Below, piece after piece: positions 1 through 14,300 of a DNA stretch of 64,000 nucleotides. The stretch's first letter is position 1; each line of letters starts with the position of its first letter. The translations under genes and the position numbers were made by a program. The notes below the pieces were generated by a model. The model ran no database searches. It had not been told where the DNA came from and saw only the letters and a program-made list of their open reading frames with translations. Location of the stretch: positions 5,106,258-5,170,257 of the forward strand of contig NC_068997.1 of assembly GCF_001194135.2 (NCBI RefSeq), given 5' to 3'. This DNA is from Octopus bimaculoides (Eukaryota).

Positions 1-1
1 G

Positions 2-334
2 TGTGAAGAAGTGGACTACCTAAATAGGATTAATTCTTATTTTCACAGCGACGGAAAAAGAGATCAATCTGCTGCTATTACCACACCTGCCACTGCTACT
101 GATCTCGGGGCCGGGGTTTCGCACCCGACTTGCCACAACATAAATATTTCCAATGGCAATGACTCAGAGACCAACCCCCACAACAACAATAACAACAACA
201 CTGTTGCAAATATCTCCAACTTGGAGACATATGTCAACGATTCGGACAGTACTTCCACCCCAACTGCTACAGATGATGATAGTGGTCAAGTCAACAATAG
301 CCATGCAATTAGCAGCAGTGATCCGACTAACGAG
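2..334 (+). CDS. NFE2L1/NFE2L2: CNC factor exon (partial; N/S/T/D-rich region upstream of the DLG exon)
   Basis: Open frame from base 2 to donor GAG|GTAATT at 334/335; phase 0 matches the DLG exon. No homology motif recognised, so assignment rests on splice logic. Confidence 0.7.
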
Positions 335-2057
335 GTAATTAATACCTTTCCTTTCAGCCTCTCATTTAAATATCTCTCTCTTTCTCTCTCTCTCACACAC
401 ACACACTTTCTGTAAATCTGTTTATCGACAGCTTTCATATTTCCATGTATATATGATCGCTTGGTTTGACTGAAATAGCAGTGAAATCTCTTAACTACCG
501 CTTTCCATTGTGTTTAAAAAACAGAAGACGTACTGTAATTCTAGATACACAGTCTGAAAAAAAAAAGGCAGGATAGTCATTATTGGATTGTATTTTATCT
601 TATGTCTACTCGGTCAGATACGACCTGGGACCAACAGATCGTTGGAGTATTCTACAAATATTAGAGAAAAAGACAAAAATGTCACAAATCCAGTCCCCCA
701 CCAGCCTTCTTCACCATCTTTATTCCTATAAATCAGGTTTTATGTTAAATATCGCATATGTCTGGCTTGTTAGTCATCAGTAAACTAGATAAATTTAAAC
801 CTTCCATTGTCTATTAACCACTAGACCACCTGTTCCAAAGAAAACACAAGTGGCAACGAACTGCAAAGTTCCATGTGCATGTGGTCAGAATTATAGGCCA
901 TTATCTTACCTTCATATATGAAACCAGTAATATATTTGCAGGTTTACATAAATGATGTGCTTGTTAATCAGTGCTAGTGAAAGGGATGGCAGCATCATGT
1001 TGATGCAAATACTTGTTGCATATTCATGATTCATGCATCCATTATTAGAGCGAACATATCCGCAGGTTTAGTCAGATCCCTAGCACATACGGAGCGCGTG
1101 AGTGTGTATGTGTTTTCTTCCTTGCGTATACAAAACTGTGTGCATACGTACGTGGTTAAGCATATATATAGAAATGTACGTGTGTACTCTGTGTGTGTGT
1201 GTGTGTATATATAGTTGGCGACAGAAGGGCATCCGGCCATAGAAAACCGGTCTCAACGAATACCGGTTGACCTATGCAAGAATGGAAAATGAACATTAAA
1301 ACTGATGATATCTATATATATCACTGTCAGGCCTCCAGCATGACCACTGCCTGAAGGCTGAAACGTATAAAAGAATATATGCATACACTCACAGGTATAC
1401 AGACTAAAAGAGAGCTCGTGGATATAAATGGATGTGTGTATATGTATACACACACACACACATACGTATGTATCATTGTTCTAACATCCACTCTTTCATG
1501 CTTGCATCATGCTTATGGAATTTGAGGAGCCAGATTTTCTACTGCTGGATGCTCTTCCTGTTGCCAACTCTCACCGGTTTCCATGCAAAGCAATATTTAC
1601 CCATTGATTGGACATGCTTCCATAGATTTGAAACAAAGGGCACTGCTTGTTTACAATTATTGCATAATGTCAAGATAATTTGGCATAGACACACACAAAC
1701 ACACATATACATGGCAGGGTTCTTTCAGTTTCAATTTGCAAAATCCAGTCTCAAGGCCTAGAGCTCCTGTAGAAGTTGGGAAGAAAGATGTTCTTCACCA
1801 TACACCCATGTCAATCACCCACCTACACATATAAAGATATATATGTTTGTGGATATACATGTGTGTATACATACATACACACACACACATTTATGTCTAC
1901 ATACAAGTATACATATAAGTAAGGGTTGATGTCAGGAAAGGTATCCATCCATAGAATGCTGTCATAAGTTTTCAGCTCCTGCTATAGGGGGGAAAAAACT
2001 GACTGTAATGATTATATGTATACATATGTGTGAGTGGGTATGTGTGTGTGTATGTGC

Positions 2058-2093
<36 letters not shown>

Positions 2094-3025
2094 CCCCAAG
2101 TAAACTCGGTATACAGACCAACCATTTAGTTGACTGCAGTAAGTATTAGCATGAATGTTAACCCCCAGTTTTGTCAGATAGACAACCATCAGAATGTGGA
2201 TAGAGAAAGATTAAAGGTATTAATGATATATAGAGGCACCCTGTTCATCAGAAATTACTGCTGAAATTCTTAAAATGTCTTATGGAGTTGGATATGGGCC
2301 AGTCACTTGTATAGTGAATCAGGTAAGTGTAGAAGGGTGTCATACACAACTAGTATAGTAGAATTATTGTAAACTTCTACAAGGACAAATGAGATGTGCT
2401 AGAAAACAGAAAGTACAGAGATATTAAACTGGCTCTATCGGGTTTTGAAAGTTTGTGAAAGAGCCATAGCAGACTTGATTAGAAACAGAATTAACATAGC
2501 TGCAATGCAGTTTGGTTCTGTGCCAGGAAGAAGTACTACTGATGCCATCTTCCTAGTGAGGCAGCTGAAGGAGAATTTTCTTGCCAGGAGGAACTTGTTC
2601 CCTGCTCTGTGATTTGTTGGTTACAGTGGAGCAGTTTGTAAGGTGTGAATCAACAGTATATTTGGCTAGAAGTCCATCAGGGCTTGATCCCCTGACCACT
2701 TCCGTTCATTATAGTCTTCCAATCTAAAACAGAAGTTAAAGACTGGCTGCTTAGCTGAATCAGTAATAGAATTAGAAAAGAAACTCCATGTATGAATACA
2801 AAACCAAGAATCAAGAAGCCTCAAATTGAATTTAGCAATGACTAAAATATTAGTAAATAGAAAGGACAAGAAGACGTTGCCACCGTCGGGGAAGTAGCTA
2901 CAGAAAAACATTTGGTAGGAATTCTATAAAGTGCATTTGTGTAAACTGAATGCACAAGAAATGTAGTAGGATCACCAGTATTGTGTGTGTGTGTGTGTAT
3001 ATGTGTATGTATGTATATATATATA

Positions 3026-3096
<71 letters not shown>

Positions 3097-6000
3097 CACA
3101 TACAGCATCTATATAGGCAACTTATGGCTGAATGGCTAAAAACTTTATAACCACAAGGTTCCAGGTTTGAGTGCAGGAAGGGCATCTAGTCGAAGAAAAT
3201 GTAACACATACAAGCATGGAGAAATACACATGTATCTGTTTATAAGTTGTGTACTGATGACATTAATCAAAACTTCAAATTCTGTTGGTTATATCTACAC
3301 TACTCATATTGGCCTTGAGACAGCAACATCACTTCATCCAGAAGGGGAGAATGTGAAGATTTAGAAAAACATTGATGATAGATTTGGAACATTTACTGCT
3401 ACAAATAAACTACAAGGAACCCATACAACAATATGAAAAATTATCTTGGTAAAGATATTACTGGAAAACAGTTTGTTTTCAATATAGCATCATCAACATT
3501 TGATGTCAGTTTTTCATGCTGGCCTGGGTTGGACAACTTGACAGGAACTGGCAAGACCAGGGGCCACTCCAGGCTCCACAGTCTGTTTTGGCTTGGATTC
3601 TACAGCTGGATGCCCCTCCTAATGCCAACTACTTTATAAAGTGTACCAGATGCTTTTTACATAGTTTCATCACTAATGCTTTTTAAGTATCTATTTATCT
3701 ACAACAGGTCACTGAAACAACCAAAACTATCTCTCATTTTCATGTCAATTTTTCCATGCTTGCTGAACAAAGTTTATTGTCGCAGATTTTCTAAGGCCAG
3801 ACACCCTTCCTGTTTCCATCCCTCACCTCTTTTCATACAAGATAATATTTCCCATGGGCAGATCTGTTTTTTGCAGAATATTGAAAATGAATAACACTGC
3901 AGAGTCAAGACTTGCACAAACATTTACATACACACACAAAGTCTTCTTTTCAGATTCTATCGTAAAATTGTTTTTATTATAGCTGTATATATATATATAT
4001 ATATAGGGTGTGATAGGTAAATTGTCGCCATTTTATATTTTAAATTTTGTGCATGCACATTGTTTGTTTTTGATTTTGTCGACTACACAGTATAGTAGAG
4101 CTAGTTGGGCACCATCTGTGAGAAAAACAACACCATGACACAATTCACTCTGCCAGAAATTTGGAAAAGACATGCTCTACTGCTTGGCATTCACACTGGA
4201 AGCTCCAATACCAACATTTCAGAGTGTTTGGACATCAATCTGAGAACATGTGCTGAGAGTGATAAAAATCAAACATCCACTCAACATCATAGTGTTTGGA
4301 GTGATCACTTGTGATGGCAACATTATGCTTCCATTCATCTTCCCACACAGCCTCACACTCAACACAGAGGCCTACATCAAGTGCCTGGAGGAGGTAGTGC
4401 TGCCCAAGAGGATGGCGACCAGAAGACTCTAAGTCTGGCAACAGGACTCTGTACCATGCCACACAAGCAAGAGAACCCAGTCATGGCTGTCAGACAATTT
4501 CTGCAACCACATCACCCCCTAACATCTGGCCACCTAACTCCCCAGACTGCAACCCTCTTGATTACTATGTGTGGGGTGCAGTTGAGGGCGAGACCAACAA
4601 AGCTCCTTGTAACACACCAAAGATGAACTGAAGGCAAGGATTATGGCAGCATTCACCAACTTAAACAAGGAGACCATCCAGAAGAGTTGCAGCAGATTCT
4701 GAAGTCGTCTGGAAGCTGTGGTTGAAGCCAATGGCAATTTTATTGAATAAATTTACTCTTTAGTATTTCAAGATATTTCTATGTAATTTTGATAAATATA
4801 TCTGTTAAAACGAGATGTCAGTGTTATTTTCATTTTTGCATAATTTAGACGGCAGTTTATTCACCGCACCCTGTATATATATATATATAAAATCATCACA
4901 TTTGCATCTGCTTTTCCCTGTTCAGGCATGAAAACAAATGAGTTACTGATGGGAAAAAGCATCTTGGCTTTAGAAAATTTGCCTCAACAAATTCCATTTG
5001 GCCCATGCAAGCATGGAAAAGTGTATGCCTGCCTGTATCCCATTACTCCTTCCTCTACGATGTTCTTATCCCAGTTCATCCCATCTCTTCTCTCCTTAGC
5101 TTGTCACTTTTAGGTCATCTTCAATTATTGCCTAAGTAATATGTACTGAAAATAAACCCCAACTGTCAGGGGGTAAGCTAGAGGTAGTAGATAGCTTCTG
5201 TTATCTAGGTAACCAAGTTAGTAGCAGAGGTAGATGTTCCAAGAGCATAGTTGTGAGAATAAGAATAGGCTGGGCAAAGTTCAGAGAGCTCTTACCTCTG
5301 CTGGCAACAAAGGGCCTCTTCTTTGCTGCATTTTTTCTGGCCTTCTATGTTAAAATTCCACTGAGGTTGACCTTGCCTTCCATCCTTTCAGAGTCGGTGA
5401 AATAAGTATCAGTTGAGCATTAGGGTTGATGTAATTTAAGGCCGTGTACCTATAGTAGAAAGGGTTACATTTATATGTAAAATAGAACTAAAGTAAGTGA
5501 TTGTTGACATTTGAGTTGAGCAGTGAGTAGTTAGTTGTTCAATCAACTGAATACTCAGAGCTCATTGTATTATAATGTATGTAGAATGCTCTTGTGTACC
5601 CTTAATGTCACCCTCCAGTAGAATCATTAATATAGTGTTATGAGGATGGATATTTGAATTACATGTTCATCTGACAGACCCCCTCCCACTGTACGCACAG
5701 TTTCACTCTACCTAATTTTACTCCGAGGTTTTATGTTAATCTAAGGTTACTGGAAGACAGAATGTAGAGTAAAAAACCCCTTTTGTCAAGAATTACCTTG
5801 AGATTGCACCTAGAAAGTTCCCCTACAAGACACAAGTCTGAGCAAGGTTGTTTATGGAAGACTAACAGTCGCTCATGCATACCAGCCTCTCTTCTCCACA
5901 TCACCAATGTTATCCAAGGGAAAGGCAAAGGCCAATACAGCTTGGCACTCATTTCTACAGCTGAGTGAACTGGAGCAACGTGAAATAAAGTGTTTTACTC

Positions 6001-7686
6001 AAGAACACAACACACAGCCAGTCCAGGAATCAAACTCACTACCTCATGATTGTAAGCCTGAAACTCTAACCATTGAGCCATGTGCCTTCACTGGAAGTCT
6101 GTACTTGCCCAACCTGTTAGCAGAGGTTTTAAATCAGAGACCTCGTGATTGAGGTCCAAACTTAATTATCCAGCCATGCTGCATCCATACATCTGTATCA
6201 TATTACATGCACACACATGCATACATGTGATGTACATACATGTGATGTTTGTATCTGTGTTGGCCCTAATGGCAAAAAGGATATTCATAAATAGAAAATT
6301 GGGGAAAGATATTTCTCTGGAGTGATAAAACTCATTATCACACACTCTCCTCCTCCATCAGTCATCCTTATTCAAGTAAACTTCCTCCCACCACATCATT
6401 ATTCATGGTACACCAACCTCTCCTTATCATTATTCAAGTTAAGCCCAGATTCACAAACTTTAAGTTTTATGTGATTCCATTCACACTCCATTTATTCTGT
6501 GCCCAGGTTTTACATTCACAGAAAACCCGTTTTTATTAAAATGTCAGACCTCACTAATTTACCACTGTAGTATGATTGCTATTAAACTAGAATCAGCAGA
6601 TCAATATCAATAAATAAATAAAAAATCTTTAGATTTGTGTTTATTTTCAATCTCTTTTATTTTGGGTAACATTAAGTTTTTCTGTATTTCATTATTTTCC
6701 TTAAATACTTACTTGACTCAGTCATTTCTGATTAGACTTGCTGGACTATTTGTATTTCTACAAGAATGTGTTCTTTGAGCTGTTCAAAAAATTTCAAACT
6801 TTTGTAGTGCTTTCTGTCACCTCTGAGGGTAGTAAATACAATCATTCCAAGTTGTGGATGGCCAAGACTTATTTGTTGGACAATTACAGTAAAATTCACA
6901 GGAATGCTCTACATGCCACAAAACTGAATCCTGAAGACTTTTTTTTTTTTTCTTTTTCTTTTACATTTTCATTCCCAGCAAAATGCCAAACCTTTGCCCA
7001 TCATCTTAGTTTTCTGACGAGTTCTTGCTTGAACAAGTACAAACATTGGCACTACTGCTCTTCTCTCGGCATCATTTCTCTCATTAACTCTATTTCTCTT
7101 GAAATGCATTACTTTTATTTCAATTAATTTTGATAACAGAGAAGTTATTAAAATTATTTTGTGATTATTTAGCTAGTGTTTAGGGTATAAATTTACACAG
7201 TATTTTGATGGATGGTTTTAATTTAGGGAACTTATATTGTAGAACTAATGACTGTTTCAGGCAGGTTAGTAACAAAAGAGTTAAACTTCCTCGGTTTCTT
7301 TTATCATTCAGTACTAGTTTAGTTAGTTCTGGTACCCCACCTTCACATTCTACACTTACATAATATACAAGTCACATTTTTAATTTAATATATCCAACCC
7401 AATTTGTTTTACTATAACCTTGATGACATGAAACCAGGCTTTGACAATCGAGACCAAAATATTGGGTGGCGGTGGTGTTATTGTTTTATGTTCTGTGTGA
7501 ATCCTGTTAAACAACTGTCCTCTGAATTCTGAATTATTTCTCTATTGCTATAGTCTATTGTTTTTGATCCTCAATAGGTTAGTTACACAATTTTACATCA
7601 GCTTTCCAAGGTTGTATGTGTTTGTGACTGTATAAGTGTGTTCTTTTAGTTTTCTACTGTTTCAGTCATTTGACTGGAGCACTGCC

Positions 7687-7723
<37 letters not shown>

Positions 7724-9945
7724 TTATATCAATTATATATACATAGGCGCAGGAGTGGCTGTGTGGTAAGTAGCTTGCTTACCAACCACATGGTTCTGGG
7801 TTCAGCCCCACTGCGTGGCACTTTGGGCAAGTGTCTTCTACTATAGCCTCGGGCCGACCAAAGTCTTGTGAGTGGATTTGGTAGACGGAAACTGAAAGAA
7901 GCCCGTCGTATATATGTATATATATATATATATGTATGCGTGTTTGTGTGTCTGTATTTGTCCCCCCACCATCACTTGACAACCGATGCTGGTGTGTTTA
8001 NNNNNNNNNNNNNNNNNNNNNNNNNNNNNNNNNNNNNNNNNNNNNNNNNNNNNNNNNNNNNNNNNNNNNNNNNNNNNNNNNNNNNNNNNNNNNNNNNNNN
8101 NNNNNNNNNNNNNNNNNNNNNNNNNNNNNNNNNNNNNNNNNNNNNNNNNNNNNNNNNNNNNNNNAAGAATATATATATATTTTTTTTTTTATTCCCTTCT
8201 CTCTCTCCCCTTTCTGTTAAGAGTTCAGCTGTGAAATTGGAAGTAGTGAATGATTAGCAATTGTTAAATGGAAGTGGTACTTTTGTGTAAACCTTACTAG
8301 ATGATTGGGCAGATATATTGGGGGGGGGGGCTGCTAGAAAGAAAGAATTTTCAATCTTTACAATGTGTGTAATCAGGAATGCTTCTGTGTTGTAAGTATA
8401 GCTTTGTGATTATGATGTTTGTCTCTCAACCATGTGGCATTAGGTTCAGTCCTACTGCAAGGCATCTGAGGCAAATACATATGCATATATATGGGTGTGC
8501 GTTTGTGTCCTTTTGTCTTGTCATCATGCAATAGTTGTAAATGGATGTAATGTAATTAATGTTCTTTGTTTCCAGTCTTCTATGAAAACGGGTCAGGGTT
8601 GGTGATTGGAAGGGTATTTCAGCAGAGAAAGGCTGCCTCAATGAATTCTGTTTGGCCTATGTAAGCATAGCAAAGTTAACATTAAAATGCTGCTGATGAT
8701 GATGATGCATACATATACTTTTTTCTATACCTATCTTAATTCAAATAAATAGAACACTTTCATATTTTTCAATATGTTCTGTCTTCTCTAGTGCAGTAGC
8801 ATCAGTAGACTTTAATCATGTTACTCTATAAAATATAATGCTTATTTATCATGTTTTGAATTAATCATGCATTATCTCATAGCTTTGAGATTTCAATGAT
8901 ATGATTGTTTTATTTTTAGAATGGCATTGTAGGATAGGTATGAGAGGCCAGATCTGGCTGATTTGAACATAAAATAAGTAGAATATTTGGCAGAATATGG
9001 TCAGTTTGAATGCTAAAGGGTTAAAACAGCTCCTCAGTCGTTAATTAGTAAGGGAGATAATTTCTAATCAGTCAGTAGTGTAGCAACCAATGACTATAAG
9101 ACAACTATGTCAAGTGCATTCTGTTATTTGGGGTTTAGAAAAAAAACCAGGCAGATCTCTTCAAGAATGTGTCTGCGTGTATATACCTTTTAGTTGTTTC
9201 AACCATAGGAGTGCTGCTATACTAGGGCACTGCCTTGAAGTGTTTAGTTCAGTTGTTCTCAAAATACAATAAGATTTTTTTAGACGTTGAATGGTTATGT
9301 GGGGGTCCATTAGAGTAAAATAGGATTCAAAGGGGTCCATAGACAAAATATGGTTGAGAACCACAGGTTTAGTTGAACAAATTGACCCCAATATTTATCA
9401 TTTGTTAAGTCTTGTACTTATTCTCTTGGTCTTTTTTGCTGAACTGCTAGGTTACTGGAACACATACAAACCAACACTGATTGTCAAGCAATGGTGGGGA
9501 GCAAACACAAATTTACACACACACACACATATATATTTGTATATATATATATATATATTTGTATATATATCATCATCGTCGTTGTCATTTAACGTCTGCT
9601 TTCCATGCAGTATATATATATAAACAAGCAATATATGAGTATATGTACATGTATGTACAAACCTTCATCTACATGTACATATAGATACATATCTGGGTAC
9701 ATGACGTTGCAAAAGAACATGGACAAAATGATAAACAAGTTACAAAAAACAAGCAGGCCACAGAGAGAACATATCCTTCATCAGCTGCCACCATTAAAAC
9801 ACCGGCGTTTCGAAGAGTTAGGGCAGGACACATCGTTAAAATGGCTCTTCCCACGAACACAAATTAAATTTTTTTTCGTGGAGGATAGTGGCGGATGGAA
9901 AACAAGACAGGAAAACGAAACGGTGAAATAAACAAACAAAAAGGC

Positions 9946-9995
<50 letters not shown>

Positions 9996-11260
9996 GACAC
10001 ACTCACACATACATATTAATATTCAACTTCTAACCCACTTTCTAATCATGCTGATATTTATTTATTTACTTGTAGGACCTTGATTTGATCGATGTGCTCT
10101 ATCTCCAAGATATTGATTTGGGAGTCCAGAGAGAGGTCTATGACATCACACTGCGAAGAGAACTTGAACGGGAGCAAGAAATTGCCTTGCAAAAGGAGCG
10201 TGAGAAGGTAGGTGTATTTCAAACTCCTTTGACCTTTGGTGATCGTTTTTCACTGTAATCATAAAAGGGAGTAAATGCTGTGTTTTATCACCTCTTGGGC
10301 TCTTTCTGACATCACTGAAGTTTACATCTTCAGAAGAGGACGTTTTAGTAAGAGAACATCATGTGACCTATAGATAAGGGAAGAAAATGCCATGTCATAA
10401 TAGCCTGTTTGTTAGTTGTGTTTTTAAGATATGTCATTTTGATTATATGTTAAATATATTTATGATGTGTAATAATTGTAATTTCATTTTGATGTTTAAA
10501 AGAAATTAAATATCAGGACAAAATAATGCTGGCTCATTGCTGACAGGGTAAATGTAGTGAGTTGGTAATAAATGCAGCATGTGTATAAGCATGCAAACAT
10601 ATGCTTCTAGTAAACTTAGGAGAAATAAATGTTATGATTAAACGACAGGTATTTTTCTCTTTATCTGATCAAGAAAAGGGATCAAACTGACTAGTTTCAA
10701 CTTTTATTAAAACTTCATTAGGGACCAGTTACTCTTTCTTGGTCACAGAGTGAATGACAGCTTTCACACAGAGAACCATGTATCTATTTTTTTTGCTTTC
10801 TGTGAATGCTTCTCATCACTCTTCCTCTAAACACCGACATATTTACATAAATCTATTCAAATATATTTGATCAGAAATTAAACTTTCAACACTGACATGC
10901 TTTGCACTCCAATATCAAGTTGTTGCAATCACATTTAACAACAACAACAATTCCAGTGACCATTCCAGGAAGTTACAGTTGTGTTTGTTTTATTTTTGTT
11001 TTAGCAAAAACAATATGAACATATTCAGTTGAAATTACAAGACAAACAGCATCGATTAGAACAACAATATCTCACAGACAACTATACCCAAGACATTGAA
11101 ACAGGTCAGTTCCTTGGATTTTTTTCTGTCTTTCTATCTAGCTCCAGTGTGTGTGTAAGAGACAGACATACTTTAGCAAATAGCTCACCTGAGCTGGACT
11201 GTCAACAGTCGAATATCTCAGCATTCATTAAGTATATATGTTGTGTGTATCCGTGATTAA

Positions 11261-11300
<40 letters not shown>

Positions 11301-14300
11301 CTCATTTGTTGATTTGTTTTAACATCCATTTTCCATGTTAGTGTGGTTTGGACAAGAATTGATTTTGAAATGAAATTTTACAGCCTGATGCTCTTCCTAT
11401 CACCAACCCTTGCCTGTTTTTTATTGTGATTTTTATATTCCACACATTCTCACACAAACTAAAACTAGATTGGAGTCCTGGCTCATGATGGGGTTTTCTT
11501 TTTTTCTTTATTTGTCTACTTCAGGAGAATGGATTCCACTCTATCAACCAGCTCCTCCTTTAAACATCCCCCTAATACCAAACACAACAAACATTCTCGA
11601 GCAACAACAACAACAACAGCAGCAGCAGCAGCCATGCATTCCGCAGCCTATGCCAATACCCCAACTCCAGACTGACCTTACAAATATACAAACCAATTCT
11701 TGCCAATACCAAACTTCAAATTTATTGGTAAGTTAATTTACTGTCAAATTTCTTAGCCCTTGCGCTTTTATATTTTATCACCAAACTGAAGTTGGTTTGA
11801 CACCAACATTTCACAACCAAGGAAATGGTTTCTGAATTGACCATTTGAACCAATAACATATTCTGCATAGTCTCTCTCTCTCGTTGCTCAAATAAAATAT
11901 CTGATGAAACTGACCAATCTCATAGATGTCAAAATTGACCACATACTCATGAAAAAATTACCACGTTCATTCTCTTTCCAATTAAATTCTCTCTGGCAGT
12001 TATTGTTTTGTGTGCTGATGTTTAGCCCTAAATCCTGTTTCTGCAGACCTGATCAAAGACTTTCAAGCTATAATTATCGTATCATTGTTTAAGGCATATT
12101 TCCTCCAGACCTGCATTATCTTAGGTGCACATGTCTCATTTTTACAACTACAGTAGGCTGTAATTTGAGAGAGCTTGTGTTGTTTTTTTATTTGTTTCTT
12201 TATGATGATGATGATGATTTGCTGGCTCTAGAAGGAGAAGCTGTACCCAAGGCCTTTGCAGGTCCACCATGACCAGTGAGATTAACCCTTTAGCATTTAA
12301 ACCGGCCATATCCAGCCTAAATATTTTACCTGTTTTATATTCAAACCAGCCATATCTTGTCTCTCACACCTACCCTGCAATGTCATTCTAAAAACAGTCA
12401 CATCTTTGAAATCTCAAAGCTACAAGATAATACAGAATAATTTTTTTTTAATGTGAATAAATAAGCATTACATTTGATTAAGCAATCTGAATGCTAAAGG
12501 GTTAACCCTTCTGAGACCAGCCTCCCAAAACTGTCCCTAGTTCTGATATGAACTTCCTGTTTTAAACTGGTGTAAATTAAAACCTTCCATTAAAATTTCG
12601 TGTTGGCACCAAGCACCAGCTTAAAGATGGCAAATTCATTTTACCAAATTCCTTATTTTCAAAATAATTTGAAACAAAGATTGTGTATTTCTATAGAAAT
12701 ATGACAAAACAGGTAATGTGCTTCTAGAATCTTTATAAGTCAACAGCTGCAGGAAAGACATGAACAAAAAGGAATTCCTGTTGGCCAATGTTCCTGGAAT
12801 GGGACTGGCTCTAGGGAGTTGGAGACGAGAGTAATGAGTGAACAGGAATGTCTGAGCAGAGGTTTCATTACCCCAGCCAAGAACAGGGGTAGAAAAGGCA
12901 CAGAGAGCGAGAGGAGACAGTAAGCCTACAGGCCAGGGGCTGAAGCGTAATAATGAGTGACTTTATGCCGATCAACTGATCAGTTGGGTAACATCTTCTG
13001 GGTGCTGTTGTTTCTAGGAGTTTGAGCTACCTCACAGAAATCCTCCCCCATTTTTTGTTTTATTAAGCTTGTAAATTGGATGGAAGAGAGTGGTAACTTT
13101 GCAACAGGATGTTTCACGTAAGTCAAAATCTGAAGGAAGTACATGTACACGTCATGAAAGAGTGTTCTAGAAGATTGCATTTCTGGGGATACTGGATTGG
13201 ACATAGTGTTCATAATGTGAAAGGTGACACAATAGAAAGACTTGGTAGAGAAGGCATCCAGAGAACTAGTTCAGAAGGTGGAAACCATTGTAGAGATAAG
13301 AAAAGCACAAAAGAAAGTGCATCTGTAGCCAAAGAATCGTGTTGGTTAGGGAGTCTCTACCAGTCAAAGAAATAATATATTTCACGAAAACAAACTTTGT
13401 CTTTTTCAGTATAAAATCATCAATAGGCTTCATTTCAAAAGGGTTAGTCAACAAACCCCTATTAATTTTCTTTTTAAATAATTAATTTTCTTCTATTTTA
13501 CTTTGAGTATGTTTAAAATAACACTTTATTTCTCTCTCAATTTAATTTGTGTCTCAAGAACTCTACACTAGAAGAAGCCTTGCAAACTTTAGACATCGAT
13601 GCAAATAAGAATACCACCAGTGAGCAGACCGTCTTTGAGCTGGAACAATACCTGGCTAACTGCCCAGTTGCCAACTTCAGCAATGCCGCAACTGAACAGT
13701 ATGAACCAATTCTACCATCGCAGTTCAACTGTAACCTATTGCCTTGTCCTACTACTTCTACTGCCCTCAACCCATGTACTGAATACAACACACCAATTCA
13801 CAACACTTTTCAAGAACATTCTCAATCTACTGTGAGTTTCTTGGCTTCCTTCTTTCTCTTTTGTTCAATTTACTTCTTCTCTTCTTTTTGTTGTTTGTTT
13901 CTCACACCTCTGCCTATGTATTTCCTCCTTCCTTCTCACTCTCTTCTTCTCCAACCTTTTCTCTATACATTCCTCTCTCTCTCTCTCTTTCCTTCACATT
14001 CTATCTCGACTTCTCTCTGTCTCTTGTTCACATTCTATCTTTATACTTCTCTCGCTCTCTCTCTCTCTCTACATATATATATATATATATATATATATCT
14101 GCTTCACATTGTTTCAATCTCACAATTGTAGCAAATGAATGTAAATCATAATCATGAAAGAAATTCTGGTTATCAAAATTATGAGTAGAAAAGTTGCTTT
14201 TTCGAAAGGGATATCACAGGAAGAGTAAGGGAGAAAGAGAGTGGGGAAAGGTAATAGAGAGAGATAGCATGGGGGGAAAAAGTGGAGTTTTCTTTCAATA

